Notes: generated from the sequence alone by a model not told the origin. 33,826 nucleotides of DNA from Zoogloeaceae bacterium (GCA_031278735.1 JAITJU010000181.1:1-33826), one strand, 5' to 3'. Positions 9,818 through 23,075 are shown, numbered from the stretch's first letter. Translations and numbers: made by a program.

Positions 9818-12800
9818 TCATGCGCAGCGATTGAAACGTTCTCTTTCGTCGTCCTGCCGCGCGTTCCTGAACGCGACCGAGAGCATCAGCTTGATGCGGT
9901 TCAACTGGTTGACTTCGGATGCGCCGGGATCGTAGTCGATGGCGGTGATGTTGACGCCCGGGTAGCGGCCCTTCAGCGCCTTGATGACGCCTTTGCCGGT
10001 GATGTGGTTGGGCATGCAGGCGAAAGGCTGCATGCAGACGATGTTGAGGATGCCTTCTTCGATCAGTTCGACCATTTCGGCGGTGAGGAACCAGCCTTCG
10101 CCGGTCTGGTTGCCGCGCGACAGGATGGGGGACGCGCCGAAGGCGAGTTGGTCGATGGTTGGCGGCGCGACGAAGCGCTCGCTTGCATCCAGCGCCTTTC
10201 GCATGTCGCGGCGGTAGAAGTCCATCGCCTTGATGGCGGCGTTGCCCGCCAGCGCCGCGAACTTGCTGCGCGACAGATAGCGGTGGTTGAAATCGTAGTC
10301 GTAGGCGCAGTACAGCAGGAAGTCCATGAGTCCCGGCATGACGGCTTCGCCGCCTTCCTTTTCGATGGCGCGCACGATGTCGTTGTTGGCGTCGGGGTTG
10401 AACTTGACGAGGATTTCGCCCACCAGACCGATGCGAGGTCGGACGGCGCCGGTCAGCGGCAGCGCGTCGAAGTCGCGCACGATGTCTTGGACGTTTTTGC
10501 GGAAGCGCCGGAAACCGCCGTCGAAAACGGCTTCCTTGCAGCGCGCGGCCCATGTTGCGTAGAGGGCGTCGGCCATGCCGGTTTCTTTTTCGTATGGCCG
10601 GGTGCGGAAAAGGGTGTGCATCAGCAGGTCGCCATAGACGACGCACATCATCAGGCGGTGAAGCAGCGGCAGGCTCAGTTTGAAGCCGTTGCCCTTTTCC
10701 ATGCCCACCGCGTTGAGCGAAATGATCGGGACATGCGGGAAGCCGCTGTCGTCGAGGGCTTTTCTCAGATAGCCGATATAGTTGGTGGCGCGGCAGCCGC
10801 CGCCGGTCTGCGCGATCATGACCGCTGTCTTGTCCGGGGCGTATTGCCCGGAGCGGAATGCCTCGACGAGTTGTCCGACGACGAGGATCGAGGGGAAGCA
10901 GGCGTCGTTGTTGACGAAACGCAGGCCGTGGTCGATGGCGTTCGCCGAGACGTTTTCCAGTATTTTCACGCGGTAGCCGCAGGCCCTGAACGCCGGTTCC
11001 ATGAACTGGAAGTGCATCGGCGACATTTGCGGGGCGAGGATGGTGTAATCGTCCCGCATTTCCCTGGTGAAGGTGATTTGCCGGTTTTTGCGCGGGGGGT
11101 GGAAATGGATGACTTGCGCGCCCGGCGGATGGTTGTTTTTCTGTTCCCGCAGCGCGGCTTCGAGCGAGCGGATGCGGATGCGCGCCGCGCCGAGGTTGCT
11201 GCCTTCGTCGATCTTGAGGCCGGTGTAGATTTTGCCGCGCAGGGCGAGAATTTCCTGTACCTGGTCGACAGCGATGGAATCCAGCCCGCAGCCGAAGGAA
11301 TTCAGGTGAACGATATCCAGGGCGCGTTCGCGCGCGGCCAGCGCGGCGGCGCGGTAGAGGCGGGCGTGGTAAGTCCATTGGTCGACGACCCGCAGCGGCG
11401 CGTCCAGCGCGCCCAGGTGCGCCACGGAATCCTCGGTGAGCACGGCCATGCCGAGCGCGGTGATCATTTGCGGAATGCCGTGATGAATGCCGGGGTCGAT
11501 GTGGTAGGGACGCCCGGCGAGGATGATGCCGTGCTTGCCGGTTTCCTTGAGGTAGTCGAGCACGCTTTCGCCTTGCCGGGCGATATCGGCTTTCATGCGC
11601 GTCTGCTCGGCCCAGGCAAGCGCGAGGGCGCGGCGGATTTCAGCGGGAGCGATGTCCGGGAAAACACGTATCAGTTGCCGGGCGAGGTTTTTTTCGTTTT
11701 CCAGCGAGAGAAAAGGCTGGATCATGGCGACGCCATTTTCTTTCAGATAGTCGATATTGTTGCGGATCAGTTCCGGGTAGGACGTGACGACAGGGCAGTT
11801 GAAATGGTTGTCGCTGTCGGCGAATTCTTTTTGTTCATAAGGGATGCAAGGGTAGAAGATGCTTTTGATGCCCTGATTGACGAGATCGACGATGTGGCCA
11901 TGCACGAGTTTGGCCGGGTAGCACACCGTATCCGAAGGCAGGGTGTCCAGTCCCTGTTCCAGCAAGGCTTTGGAAGAAGGCGCGGACAGCCGGACATCGA
12001 ACCCAAGCGCGCTGAGAAAGGTAAACCAGAGCGGGTAGTTTTCGTACATGTTGAGGGCGCGGGGCACGCCGATCACCCCGCGCGGCGCGTTCTTTTCGGG
12101 TTCGTAGCCGAATGTGCGCTCGTATTTCCAGGCGTAGAGATCGGGGATGTCGCCGCTTGCCGATTTTTGTTTGCCCAGCCCGCGTTCGCAGCGGTTGCCG
12201 GAAATGAATTTGCGTCCGTCCGAAAAACGGTTGACCGTCATGGCGCAGCTGTTGGCGCACGCGCCGCAACGTATCATCGAATGCCTGACCGCGAAACTCT
12301 GTACGGCTTCCAGCGAGAGCGTCGTGCTGGCGTCTTGCTTTTGCCAGCGTTCCCTTGCGATCAGCGCCGAGCCGAAAGCCCCCATCAAGCCGGCGATATC
12401 GGGGCGCACCGCCTCGCGTCCGGAAATCAGCTCGAACGCGCGCAGCACCGAATCGTTATAGAAAGTGCCGCCCTGGACGATGATTTTTTGTCCGAGTTCT
12501 TCCGGGCTTCTGATCTTGATGACTTTGATGAGGGCGTTTTTGATGACGGCGTAGGAAAGCCCCGCCGAGATGTCGGCCACCGAAGCGCCTTCTTTTTGCG
12601 CTTGCTTGACGCTGGAATTCATGAACACGGTGCAGCGCGAGCCGAGATCCGACGGCGCGCGCGAATCGAGGGCGGCGCGGGCGAAATCGGCAACCGGCAT
12701 TCGTACCGATTGCGCGAAAGTGTCGATGAAGGAGCCGCAGCCGGAGGAGCAGGCTTCGTTCAGAAGGATGTTGTCGATGACGCCATCCTTGATCCGCAGG

Positions 12801-14095
12801 CACTTCATGTCCTGTCCGCCGATGTCGAGAATGAAATCGACGCCGGGCAGGAAGTGTTCCGCCGCCTTGTAGTGCGCGATGGTTTCCACTTCGGAATGGT
12901 CGAGCCGGAAGGCTTCGCGGATCAGCGCCTCGCCATAGCCCGTCACCGACGAGGCGGCGATATGCGCGCCTTCGGGGAGACGCGCGTAAATTTCCGTGAG
13001 AATGCCGCCCACGACCTTGATGGGATTGCCTTCGTTGCCGCCGTAATAGGTATGGAGCAATTCCCCGTTTTCACCGATCAGCGCCGCCTTGGTCGTGGTC
13101 GAACCGCCGTCGATGCCCAGAAAGGCCGGGCCGCGATAAGAGGCGAGGTCGCCGCGTTCGACCCGCGCTTTGGCGTGCCGCGCGTCAAAGGCGCGGCGCT
13201 CCGCTTCATCCATGAAGAACGGGCGCAGGGCGGCGGCGCGCCCTTCGGAGCACGCGGCCAGCTTTTCAAAGGCCGCGAGGATGTCCGCGAAAGCGCGCGT
13301 TTCCTTGGGGTCGCCATGCAGGGCTGCGCCGATGGCGACGAATAATTCGCTGTCCGCGGTCTCGACCTGGTTTTCCGGCGCGATGGCGAGCGTTGCGATG
13401 AAGCGTTTCTTCAATTCCGGCAAAAAGTTGAGCGGCCCGCCCAAAAAAGCGATATTGCCGCGAATCTTGCGGCCGCAGGCCAAGCCGCCGATCGTCTGGT
13501 GCACGACCGCCTGGAGCACCGAGAGGGCGATGTCTTCGCGCGCCACGCCTTCGTTCAGGAGCGGTTGCACGTCGGTCTTGGCGAATACGCCGCAACGCGC
13601 GGCAATCGGGTAGAGGTTGCTGGCGCGGCTCGCCAGATCGTTCAGTCCCGGGGCGTCGGTCTTGAGCAGAACTGCCATCTGGTCGATGAATGCTCCCGTC
13701 CCTCCGGCGCAGGAGCCGTTCATGCGCTGCTCGACGCCATTGGTGAGGAACGTGATCTTGGCGTCTTCGCCGCCCAGTTCAATGGCCACGTCCGTTTGCG
13801 GCGCGCGCGTTTCGATCGCCCTGGCGCATGCGATGACTTCCTGCACGAAGGGCAGTTGCAGCATTTCGGCCATGCTGACTCCGCCGGAGCCGGTAAGCAC
13901 CACGGAAACCCCGGCGGCGGGGGAGAACGCGCCATCAGCCGCGAGCAAGGCGAGGCAGCGCGCCGCCGTTGCGCGCACTTCGGAAAAATGGCGCGTGTAG
14001 AACCGGAACGCCACTTCTTCCTGTTCATCCAGCACGACCACCTTGACGGTCGTCGAGCCGATATCGATGCCGATGCGATAAAAATTTCCGTTCAT
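9818..14095 (-). CDS. Fused 2-hydroxyacyl-CoA dehydratase activase/reductase-type protein; PlsA/Ger-like plasmalogen/ether-lipid synthase candidate
   Basis: 1425 aa. Two ASKHA (BadF/BcrA-type) activase domains ([29 protein letters not shown]; [29 protein letters not shown]), a Cys linker [14 protein letters not shown], a DUF2229-like region (PRALNMY, CYPAK, GRPYH, SFGCGLD) and a C-terminal HgdA/B-like domain ([25 protein letters not shown]). Confidence 0.85.
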   Translation of the reverse strand: MNGNFYRIGIDIGSTTVKVVVLDEQEEVAFRFYTRHFSEVRATAARCLALLAADGAFSPAAGVSVVLTGSGGVSMAEMLQLPFVQEVIACARAIETRAPQTDVAIELGGEDAKITFLTNGVEQRMNGSCAGGTGAFIDQMAVLLKTDAPGLNDLASRASNLYPIAARCGVFAKTDVQPLLNEGVAREDIALSVLQAVVHQTIGGLACGRKIRGNIAFLGGPLNFLPELKKRFIATLAIAPENQVETADSELFVAIGAALHGDPKETRAFADILAAFEKLAACSEGRAAALRPFFMDEAERRAFDARHAKARVERGDLASYRGPAFLGIDGGSTTTKAALIGENGELLHTYYGGNEGNPIKVVGGILTEIYARLPEGAHIAASSVTGYGEALIREAFRLDHSEVETIAHYKAAEHFLPGVDFILDIGGQDMKCLRIKDGVIDNILLNEACSSGCGSFIDTFAQSVRMPVADFARAALDSRAPSDLGSRCTVFMNSSVKQAQKEGASVADISAGLSYAVIKNALIKVIKIRSPEELGQKIIVQGGTFYNDSVLRAFELISGREAVRPDIAGLMGAFGSALIARERWQKQDASTTLSLEAVQSFAVRHSMIRCGACANSCAMTVNRFSDGRKFISGNRCERGLGKQKSASGDIPDLYAWKYERTFGYEPEKNAPRGVIGVPRALNMYENYPLWFTFLSALGFDVRLSAPSSKALLEQGLDTLPSDTVCYPAKLVHGHIVDLVNQGIKSIFYPCIPYEQKEFADSDNHFNCPVVTSYPELIRNNIDYLKENGVAMIQPFLSLENEKNLARQLIRVFPDIAPAEIRRALALAWAEQTRMKADIARQGESVLDYLKETGKHGIILAGRPYHIDPGIHHGIPQMITALGMAVLTEDSVAHLGALDAPLRVVDQWTYHARLYRAAALAARERALDIVHLNSFGCGLDSIAVDQVQEILALRGKIYTGLKIDEGSNLGAARIRIRSLEAALREQKNNHPPGAQVIHFHPPRKNRQITFTREMRDDYTILAPQMSPMHFQFMEPAFRACGYRVKILENVSANAIDHGLRFVNNDACFPSILVVGQLVEAFRSGQYAPDKTAVMIAQTGGGCRATNYIGYLRKALDDSGFPHVPIISLNAVGMEKGNGFKLSLPLLHRLMMCVVYGDLLMHTLFRTRPYEKETGMADALYATWAARCKEAVFDGGFRRFRKNVQDIVRDFDALPLTGAVRPRIGLVGEILVKFNPDANNDIVRAIEKEGGEAVMPGLMDFLLYCAYDYDFNHRYLSRSKFAALAGNAAIKAMDFYRRDMRKALDASERFVAPPTIDQLAFGASPILSRGNQTGEGWFLTAEMVELIEEGILNIVCMQPFACMPNHITGKGVIKALKGRYPGVNITAIDYDPGASEVNQLNRIKLMLSVAFRNARQDDERERFNRCA

Positions 14096-14493
14096 GTTTG
14101 CCTTGCGGAAAGGGGCTCAAAAAACAGCGTTTCGCATCATGATGGATGAGACGCGCCGCTGCCCCGGCGGTTATGCCAGCGCATCGGGGCGAGCGCGATG
14201 GGTTTTGTCAGACGGCAGCGAGTCTGAATTGGGCGGGGTGAGGGCAGATTCCCCGATGCGTTGTGGTTCATTCCTGCGCGCTCCCTTGCGAAAAATGACA
14301 AAACGAGGCGATTCTACGTTGTTCAAAGGACGCAAAGACAGCTTGTCTCGTTCGTTGCGTCCCTGTTCGCGCGGGATTGCGGCAAACGGACGACCACGCG
14401 ACATGCCAAATGCCGGATTCTGGGCTTTGCTGTCCACAGGGGGAACAGGACGGCACCGGGACTTCCGAAACAATCCCCAGGCATGGAAATGTG

Positions 14494-15924
<1,431 letters not shown>

Positions 15925-15961
15925 CTATAATGCCTGTCCCTTTTTCTTCTTCCTTGCAAGC

Positions 15962-16579
15962 ATGAAGCTCCTTTTCGATCTTTTCCCGGTCATCCTGTTT
16001 TTCGTGGCCTTCCACTACGCGCAGCAGCGCCCGGACATGGCAGCGGAATGGGTCGGGCGCTTTCTGGGAGAAACGATGAACCCGGCGCAAGCGCCCATCC
16101 TGCTGGCGACGGTAGTGGTCATGCTGGCGGCCTTGCTGCAAATCGCCTATGTCCTGCTGCGGCATGGCAAGGTGGAAAAAATGCTGCTGTTGAGCTTTGC
16201 GCTGGTCATCGGTTTCGGCGGCCTGACCGTGCTCTTTCAGAACGAAACCTTCATCAAGTGGAAACCGACGGCGCTGTACTGGGCGATGGCGGCAAGCATG
16301 AGCATAGCGGCGCTGTGCAAGCGCAACGCCATGCGCCTCATGCTCTCCGACAAAATCGATCTGCCCAAGGCCGTCTGGCTGCGGCTCAATTTTGCCTGGA
16401 TTGGCTTTTTCCTCTTCATGGGCGCGCTCAATCTTTTCGTGGCGTACCGTTACCCGACTGAAATCTGGGTGAATTTCAAACTCTTCGGCGGCATGGGACT
16501 CCTGCTGTTGTTCGCGCTGGCGCAGGGCGTCTATCTTTCCCGTTTCATCAAGGAAGACGCCGCCGACCCCCATGCCTGA
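15962..16579 (+). CDS. yciB: Inner membrane protein YciB/IspZ (septation protein A)
   Basis: MKLLFDLFPVILFF, FIKWKPT, WVNFKLFG; multi-TM. TATAAT at 15926-15931. Confidence 0.93.
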   Translation: MKLLFDLFPVILFFVAFHYAQQRPDMAAEWVGRFLGETMNPAQAPILLATVVVMLAALLQIAYVLLRHGKVEKMLLLSFALVIGFGGLTVLFQNETFIKWKPTALYWAMAASMSIAALCKRNAMRLMLSDKIDLPKAVWLRLNFAWIGFFLFMGALNLFVAYRYPTEIWVNFKLFGGMGLLLLFALAQGVYLSRFIKEDAADPHA

Positions 16580-16692
16580 AACGGCATATGCCGTCGGGGC
16601 TGCGAGCAAATGCCGGGCTTGGTTCCGCTAACTTCTTTCCGCTGGTATCATGCGCCTTCGTTTTCTTTTTCCAAAAAAAGGATATTTCACCC

Positions 16693-17481
16693 ATGACGAC
16701 ATTGAAAAAACTCACGGTTGCGCTGACCATCGGCGCCCTGTTTTCCCTCCCGGCATTCGCCGCCCCCGAAAAGCCCTTCGTCACCGTCAATGGCCGCGCC
16801 GTGCCGCAATACGTGGCCGACGCCTTCATCGATGACCAGCAAAGCCAGGGCGCGCAAGTTTCCGATGAATTTCGCAACGCCGTGCGCGAAGAATTCATCC
16901 GTCGCGAACTGATCATCGGGGAAGCCCGCAAAAAAGGGCTGGACAAGCAAAAAACCGTCATGGGGCAACTGGAAAACGCGCGGCAAATGGTGCTGGTGCG
17001 CGCTTACCTGACGGAATACATCAAGGAAAATCCGGTAACGGAAGCCCAGATCAACGAAGCCTACGAAACGCTCAAACAACGCTTGGGCGATACCGAATAC
17101 AAGACCCGGCACATTCTGGTCGAGAACGAGGCCGAGGCCAGGGAATTGGTCGCCAAACTGGACAAGGGCGAGAAATTCGCGGAACTGGCGAAAAATTCCA
17201 AAGACCCCGGCAGCAAGGAAAATGGCGGCGATCTGGGCTGGATGTCGCCTTCCGCCTTCGTCGCGCCCTTCGCCGAAGCCCTTGCGAAACTCAAGAAAGG
17301 CGAATACAGCAAGGATCCTGTGCAAAGCCAGTTCGGCTATCACGTCATTCTGGTCGAGGACACCCGCGCCCTGACGCCGCCCGCGCTGGAACAAATCAGG
17401 CCGCAAATCACCCAGGGGCTGACCCAGCAGAAGGTGGAAGATCTGCTCAAGTCATTGCGAAGCAAAGCCAAAATCAACTGA
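16693..17481 (+). CDS. Periplasmic parvulin (PpiC-type) peptidyl-prolyl isomerase
   Basis: Signal peptide ending AFA-A; RHILV, FAELAK.S.D.GS..NGGDLGW, PVQSQFGYHVI. Confidence 0.92.
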   Translation: MTTLKKLTVALTIGALFSLPAFAAPEKPFVTVNGRAVPQYVADAFIDDQQSQGAQVSDEFRNAVREEFIRRELIIGEARKKGLDKQKTVMGQLENARQMVLVRAYLTEYIKENPVTEAQINEAYETLKQRLGDTEYKTRHILVENEAEARELVAKLDKGEKFAELAKNSKDPGSKENGGDLGWMSPSAFVAPFAEALAKLKKGEYSKDPVQSQFGYHVILVEDTRALTPPALEQIRPQITQGLTQQKVEDLLKSLRSKAKIN

Positions 17482-17723
17482 CGGTACGCGCAAAAACGCC
17501 CGGACGCCCGGCTATATTTGACGACGGACGCCGAGGCAAAAATTTTCTGCCCGCCTACCCCCGCCTGCCCTTTTGTGCGCGCGGGAAAGCGGATTTCAAC
17601 CGGCTTTCCTGCCGCTTTTGGCGTTTGCGCCTGCCTTTGGGCGGATTGCGGGCGGGGTTTGTCCTATCTTCGCGGGTAGTCGCCAGCCGAACAGCGTCGC
17701 CAGACGGGATTGGGCTGCGACAG

Positions 17724-17757
17724 GCAAGGGTAAAGCGCAAGGGTAAAGTAAAGCGCA
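17724..17757. repeat. Nested short direct repeats
   Basis: GCAAGGGTAAAG at 17724 and 17737; TAAAGCGCA at 17731 and 17749. Confidence 0.7.
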
Positions 17758-17847
17758 TACGCCGTCGCTTGCGCCGGGCCTGCGAAGCGCGCCATTGACA
17801 TTGGTCGTGCGGGCGCTTCCCGCTACGCCCTGCGCGGGAAGCCGTTC

Positions 17848-17876
17848 TTGACCAATGGGCGTGGTAAGGTTATCTT
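17848..17876 (+). promoter_or_regulatory. Putative sigma70 promoter of the ilvBNC operon
   Basis: TTGACC-17 nt-TATCTT, ending 29 nt before the ATG. Confidence 0.6.
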
Positions 17877-17905
17877 TATACGCTTTCACGTCAAGCGGTT
17901 GAGCC

Positions 17906-19606
17906 ATGATACTTAGCGGCGCAGAGATTATCATCAGGTGCCTTCAGGAAGAAAAGATCGAGCATGTGTTCGGCTATCCGGGCGGCTCGGTGTTGTACAT
18001 TTATGACGAACTGTTCAAGCAGGATCAGATCAAGCACATTCTGGTCCGACACGAGCAGGCGGCGGTTCACGCGGCGGACGCCTATTCGCGCTCGTCCGAC
18101 CGGGTCGGCGTGGCGATGGTGACTTCCGGGCCAGGCGTGACCAATGCGGTGACCGGCATCGCCGCGGCGCATTCGGACTCCGTGCCGCTCGTGGTGTTGT
18201 GCGGTCAGGTCGGCACCGCCTACATCGGCCAGGACGCCTTTCAGGAATGCGACACGGTGGGCATCACCCGTCCCTGCGCCAAGCACAACTTTCTGGTCAA
18301 GGACGTGCGCGACCTAGCGGTGACGCTGAAGAAGGCCTTCCACATTGCGACCACGGGGCGTCCCGGCCCGGTGGTGGTGGATCTGCCCAAGGACATCACG
18401 GCGGACAAGTGCGAATTCGCCTATCCGGCGGCAGTCGCCATGCGTTCCTATAACCCGGTGGTGAAGGGGCATCTGGGGCAGATCAAAAAAGCCGTGCAGC
18501 TTTTGCTGGAAGCCAAGCGCCCGCTCCTTTACATCGGCGGCGGCGTGATCCTTTCCAGCGCGGCGGAAAAACTCACCGAACTGGCGCGGCGTCTGGGTTT
18601 CCCCGTCACCCACACCCTGATGGGTCTGGGCGGCTATCCCGCCAATGACCGGCAAAGCCTGGGCATGCCGGGAATGCATGGCACCTGTGAGGCCAACATG
18701 GCCATGCATCATGCGGACGTGATTCTGGCCATCGGCGCGCGCTTCGATGACCGGGTGATCGGCAATGTCGAGCATTTTTACGGCGAGCCGCGCAAGATCA
18801 TCCATGTCGATATCGATCCCTCCTCCATCTCCAAGCGGGTCAAGGCGGACGTTCCCATTGTCGGCAACGCGCCGGACGTGCTGGACGAAATGCTGAAACT
18901 TCTGGAAGGCGATTTTTCGACTTCGCCCGCGCTGCCCGACTGGTGGCGGCAAATTGACGTCTGGCGCGCGAAGGACGGCCTGAAATACAAACAGGGCGAG
19001 CGCATCATGCCGCAGTTCGTGGTGGAAAAGCTCTACGAAGTCACCAAAGGCGACGCCATCGTTACTTCCGACGTCGGCCAGCATCAGATGTTCGCCGCGC
19101 AATTCTACAAGTTCGACAAGCCTCGGCGCTGGATCAACTCTGGCGGTCTCGGCGCCATGGGCGTGGGGCTGCCTTACGCGATGGGCGCGAGCTTCGCCAA
19201 TCCTGGCGCGACGGTGGCCTGCGTGACCGGCGAAGGCTCCATCCAGATGTGCATTCAGGAGCTTTCCACCTGCAAGCAGTTCGAGTTGCCGATCAAGATC
19301 ATCAATCTCAACAACGGGATGCTGGGCATGGTGCGGCAATGGCAGGAGATGTTCTACTCGAAGCGTTATTCCCAGTCCTACGTGACCTCGCTCCCCGATT
19401 TCGTCAAACTCGCCGAAGCCTATGGGCATGTCGGCATGAAAATCGAAAAGCCGGAAGAAGTGCGGCCTGCGCTGGAAAAAGCCTTTACGGAATACCGTGA
19501 CCGGCTGGTGTTCCTGGATTTCATCATCGATCCGACGGCCAACGTGTTTCCCATGGTGGCGACCGGCAAGGGACTGACCGAAATGATACTCGCGGACGAC
19601 ATGTAA
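17906..19606 (+). CDS. ilvB: Acetolactate synthase large subunit
   Basis: FGYPGG, LVRHEQ.A.H.AD, TSGPG.TN, RFDDRV, DVGQHQM, SGGLG.MG, ThDP motif GEGS..N. Confidence 0.97.
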   Translation: MILSGAEIIIRCLQEEKIEHVFGYPGGSVLYIYDELFKQDQIKHILVRHEQAAVHAADAYSRSSDRVGVAMVTSGPGVTNAVTGIAAAHSDSVPLVVLCGQVGTAYIGQDAFQECDTVGITRPCAKHNFLVKDVRDLAVTLKKAFHIATTGRPGPVVVDLPKDITADKCEFAYPAAVAMRSYNPVVKGHLGQIKKAVQLLLEAKRPLLYIGGGVILSSAAEKLTELARRLGFPVTHTLMGLGGYPANDRQSLGMPGMHGTCEANMAMHHADVILAIGARFDDRVIGNVEHFYGEPRKIIHVDIDPSSISKRVKADVPIVGNAPDVLDEMLKLLEGDFSTSPALPDWWRQIDVWRAKDGLKYKQGERIMPQFVVEKLYEVTKGDAIVTSDVGQHQMFAAQFYKFDKPRRWINSGGLGAMGVGLPYAMGASFANPGATVACVTGEGSIQMCIQELSTCKQFELPIKIINLNNGMLGMVRQWQEMFYSKRYSQSYVTSLPDFVKLAEAYGHVGMKIEKPEEVRPALEKAFTEYRDRLVFLDFIIDPTANVFPMVATGKGLTEMILADDM

Positions 19607-19627
19607 GGCGGGGACAAGGGAAAAACC

Positions 19628-20119
19628 ATGCGACACATTATTTCCATTTTGCTGGAAAACGAAGCGGGCGCGCTCTCCCACGTGGCGGGACTCTTTTCCG
19701 CGCGCGGCTACAACATCGAATCGCTCACCGTCGCGCCCACCGAGGATGCCTCGCTGTCGCGCATGACCGTCGTCACCAGCGGTTCCGACGATGTGCTGGA
19801 ACAAATCACCAAGCAGTTGAACAAGCTGGTGGACGTGGTGAAAGTCGTCGATCTCTCCGAATCCGCGCATGTCGAGCGCGAGCTGATGCTGATCAAGGTG
19901 CGCGCCATCGGCAAGGATCGGGAAGAAATGAAGCGCATATCGGATATTTTCCGCGGACGCATCCTCGACGTGACCGAATTCACTTATGTCATCGAATTGA
20001 CGGGAACCAGCGCCAAGCTGGATTCCTTCATCAACGCCCTGGATTCCGGGCTGATCCTGGAAACCGTGCGCACCGGAGTTTCCGGCATTGGCCGCAGCGA
20101 CCGCATTCTCAAAGTCTGA
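19628..20119 (+). CDS. ilvN: Acetolactate synthase small regulatory subunit
   Basis: MRHIISILLENEAGAL, FSARGYNIESL, KQLNKL, ERELMLIKV (ACT domain). Confidence 0.96.
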   Translation: MRHIISILLENEAGALSHVAGLFSARGYNIESLTVAPTEDASLSRMTVVTSGSDDVLEQITKQLNKLVDVVKVVDLSESAHVERELMLIKVRAIGKDREEMKRISDIFRGRILDVTEFTYVIELTGTSAKLDSFINALDSGLILETVRTGVSGIGRSDRILKV

Positions 20120-20137
20120 TCCCCCATTTTTTACTGA

Positions 20138-21166
<1,029 letters not shown>

Positions 21167-21182
21167 GCGCCTGATGTTTTGG

Positions 21183-21215
21183 GGAACCCGTGATCGGCTT
21201 CGTATCGCGGGTTCC
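21183..21215 (+). other. Intercistronic stem-loop after ilvC
   Basis: GGAACCCGTGAT-9 nt-ATCGCGGGTTCC; 12-bp stem with one G-U pair and no U-tract. Confidence 0.5.
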
Positions 21216-21249
21216 AGGGGGAAACCTCTCACAAGGAATCTGAAACCGG

Positions 21250-21912
21250 ATGAATTATCCTCACCCCCTGATTGCCCGCGAAGGCTGGCCCTTCATCGGC
21301 ATTGCCGCGCTGGCGGCCTTCGTCGCCCAGGTTATTGGCCCGTTGTTTGCCATTCCCTTCTGGCTGATTTTCTTTTTTGTGCTCCAGTTTTTCCGCGACC
21401 CGCCCCGCCCCATCGGAGGGCTTGGCGATGGTTCCAGAAGTATCGTCGCGCCGGCGGATGGCCGTATCGTGGCGGTGGAAGAAACGGATGACCCGTACCT
21501 GAAGCGACGCGCCATCAAGATCAGCGTGTTCATGAACGTGTTCAACGTCCATTCCAATCGTTCGCCCATGGATGGCGAAGTCAAGCAGGTGTGGCGCAAC
21601 CCCGGAAAATTCATAAATGCCGCGCTGGACAAGGCTTCCACTGAAAACGAGCGCTGCGCCATGCATCTTGTGGGCGCGGACGGGCAGGATGTGACCTGCG
21701 TACAGGTTGCTGGCCTCGTCGCCCGGCGCATTCTGAATTACACGGAACCCGGCATGAAGCTTGCGCGCGGACAGCGTTACGGCTTCATCCGTTTTGGTTC
21801 GCGCGTGGATGTCTATCTGCCGCTGGATAGCGAAGTACGGATCGGCATCGGTGAAAAAGTGTATGCTTCCAGCACTCTCCTTGCTGAACTTGCCAAGCCG
21901 CCTCATGTTTGA
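21250..21912 (+). CDS. psd: Phosphatidylserine decarboxylase proenzyme
   Basis: [30 protein letters not shown], self-cleavage site FGSRVD. Confidence 0.95.
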   Translation: MNYPHPLIAREGWPFIGIAALAAFVAQVIGPLFAIPFWLIFFFVLQFFRDPPRPIGGLGDGSRSIVAPADGRIVAVEETDDPYLKRRAIKISVFMNVFNVHSNRSPMDGEVKQVWRNPGKFINAALDKASTENERCAMHLVGADGQDVTCVQVAGLVARRILNYTEPGMKLARGQRYGFIRFGSRVDVYLPLDSEVRIGIGEKVYASSTLLAELAKPPHV

Positions 21913-22696
21913 ACTCAAACCGCGCAAAACCCGATTCAACCCGGAACTGAAACGCCGGGGCATTTATCTGCTGCCCAGCCTCTTTACCACGGCGGCGCTG
22001 TTTTCCGGATTTTTCGCCATCGTGCAGGCCATACAGGGCAACTTTGAGATCGCCGCCAGCGCCATTTTCATTGCCATGATCATGGATGGTCTGGATGGCC
22101 GGGTGGCGCGCGTCACCCATACGCAATCGGCCTTCGGCGCGGAATACGATTCGCTTTCCGACATGGTGTGCTTTGGCGTCGCTCCGGCGCTGGTAATCTA
22201 CGAATGGGCGCTGCTGGATATAGGCCGTCCGGGTTGGGTCGCCGCCTTCATTTACTGCGCGAGCGCGGCGCTGCGGCTGGCGCGCTTCAACACCACGCTG
22301 GAAGTTATGGACAAGCGTTATTTTCAGGGCTTGCCCAGCCCCGCCTCCGCCGCGCTGGTCGTTGGCTTCGTCTGGGTGATGATCAACCAGAACGTGCCGG
22401 GCAGCGCGGGCACACGCTGGCTGGCGGCGTTCATCACCACCTTCGCGGGGCTTTCCATGGTCTCCAACGTGCGCTTCTACAGTTTCAAGGACATCAACCT
22501 CAAGAAAAGCGTTCCCTTTGTGGCGGTGTTGGTCATGATGCTGGTTTTCGCCCTGATTTCTTCGCCCCTTACCGCCGAAATCCTTTTCGGCATGGCCTGC
22601 ATCTATGGTCTGTCCGGCTATGGAGTGACGCTTTTTTGCCTGCTGCGCAAGAAAAATCAGCCGCCCGCGGAAGAAGAACACGCGCCGCCCGTTTGA
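21905..22696 (+). CDS. pssA: CDP-diacylglycerol--serine O-phosphatidyltransferase
   Basis: [43 protein letters not shown]; overlaps the psd stop by 8 nt. Confidence 0.95.
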   Translation: MFELKPRKTRFNPELKRRGIYLLPSLFTTAALFSGFFAIVQAIQGNFEIAASAIFIAMIMDGLDGRVARVTHTQSAFGAEYDSLSDMVCFGVAPALVIYEWALLDIGRPGWVAAFIYCASAALRLARFNTTLEVMDKRYFQGLPSPASAALVVGFVWVMINQNVPGSAGTRWLAAFITTFAGLSMVSNVRFYSFKDINLKKSVPFVAVLVMMLVFALISSPLTAEILFGMACIYGLSGYGVTLFCLLRKKNQPPAEEEHAPPV

Positions 22697-22904
22697 GTTT
22701 CATCCTGCCGCCGCGCAGCGTTCGCGCCTTGCAGGAAGCGGGACTGGCGGATCGGGCGGAAGAATGATGGGCGCTTGTCCGCCCGTCTGTCGGCACGAAT
22801 GACGTTTTTTAACGTCTGGACGGATGTCATGAAAGTTACACAGGAATGGAGGAGCCTGCGGACGGACTTTTCGCCGATGCCGCGCTTGTCGTCGGCAACG
22901 GGGG

Positions 22905-23053
22905 CGTCTTCCGTCCCCGAACCCGGAGGATTCAATCCCGAATTTCCGGCAATTGATCTACAATCCGTCTTCCCTTTTGACTTGGCCGCGACGAAGGTAA
23001 AAACGGGCGCGTCACGGAAGACGGACGCTCTTTCCGCCCGCCTTCCGAAAGGC
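22905..23053 (+). promoter_or_regulatory. Candidate structured 5' leader of the Rieske oxygenase gene
   Basis: TCCGTCTTCC (22964-22973) pairs with GGAAGACGGA (23016-23025), with an inner TGAC/GTCA. Alternative partner CGTCTTCCGT at 22905-22914. Small hairpin 23040-23053 just before the RBS. Confidence 0.35.
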
Positions 23054-23075
23054 ATGGCTGTTTGGAGATATGGAC

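Noticed and set aside
9443-13345. 1300-aa plus-strand ORF
   Set aside because: Antisense shadow of the PlsA-like gene; no motifs; expected with high-GC codon bias.
17855-17902. 15-codon ORF MGVVRLSLYAFTSSG as an ilv leader peptide
   Set aside because: It overlaps the predicted promoter, has no run of control codons and no terminator follows.
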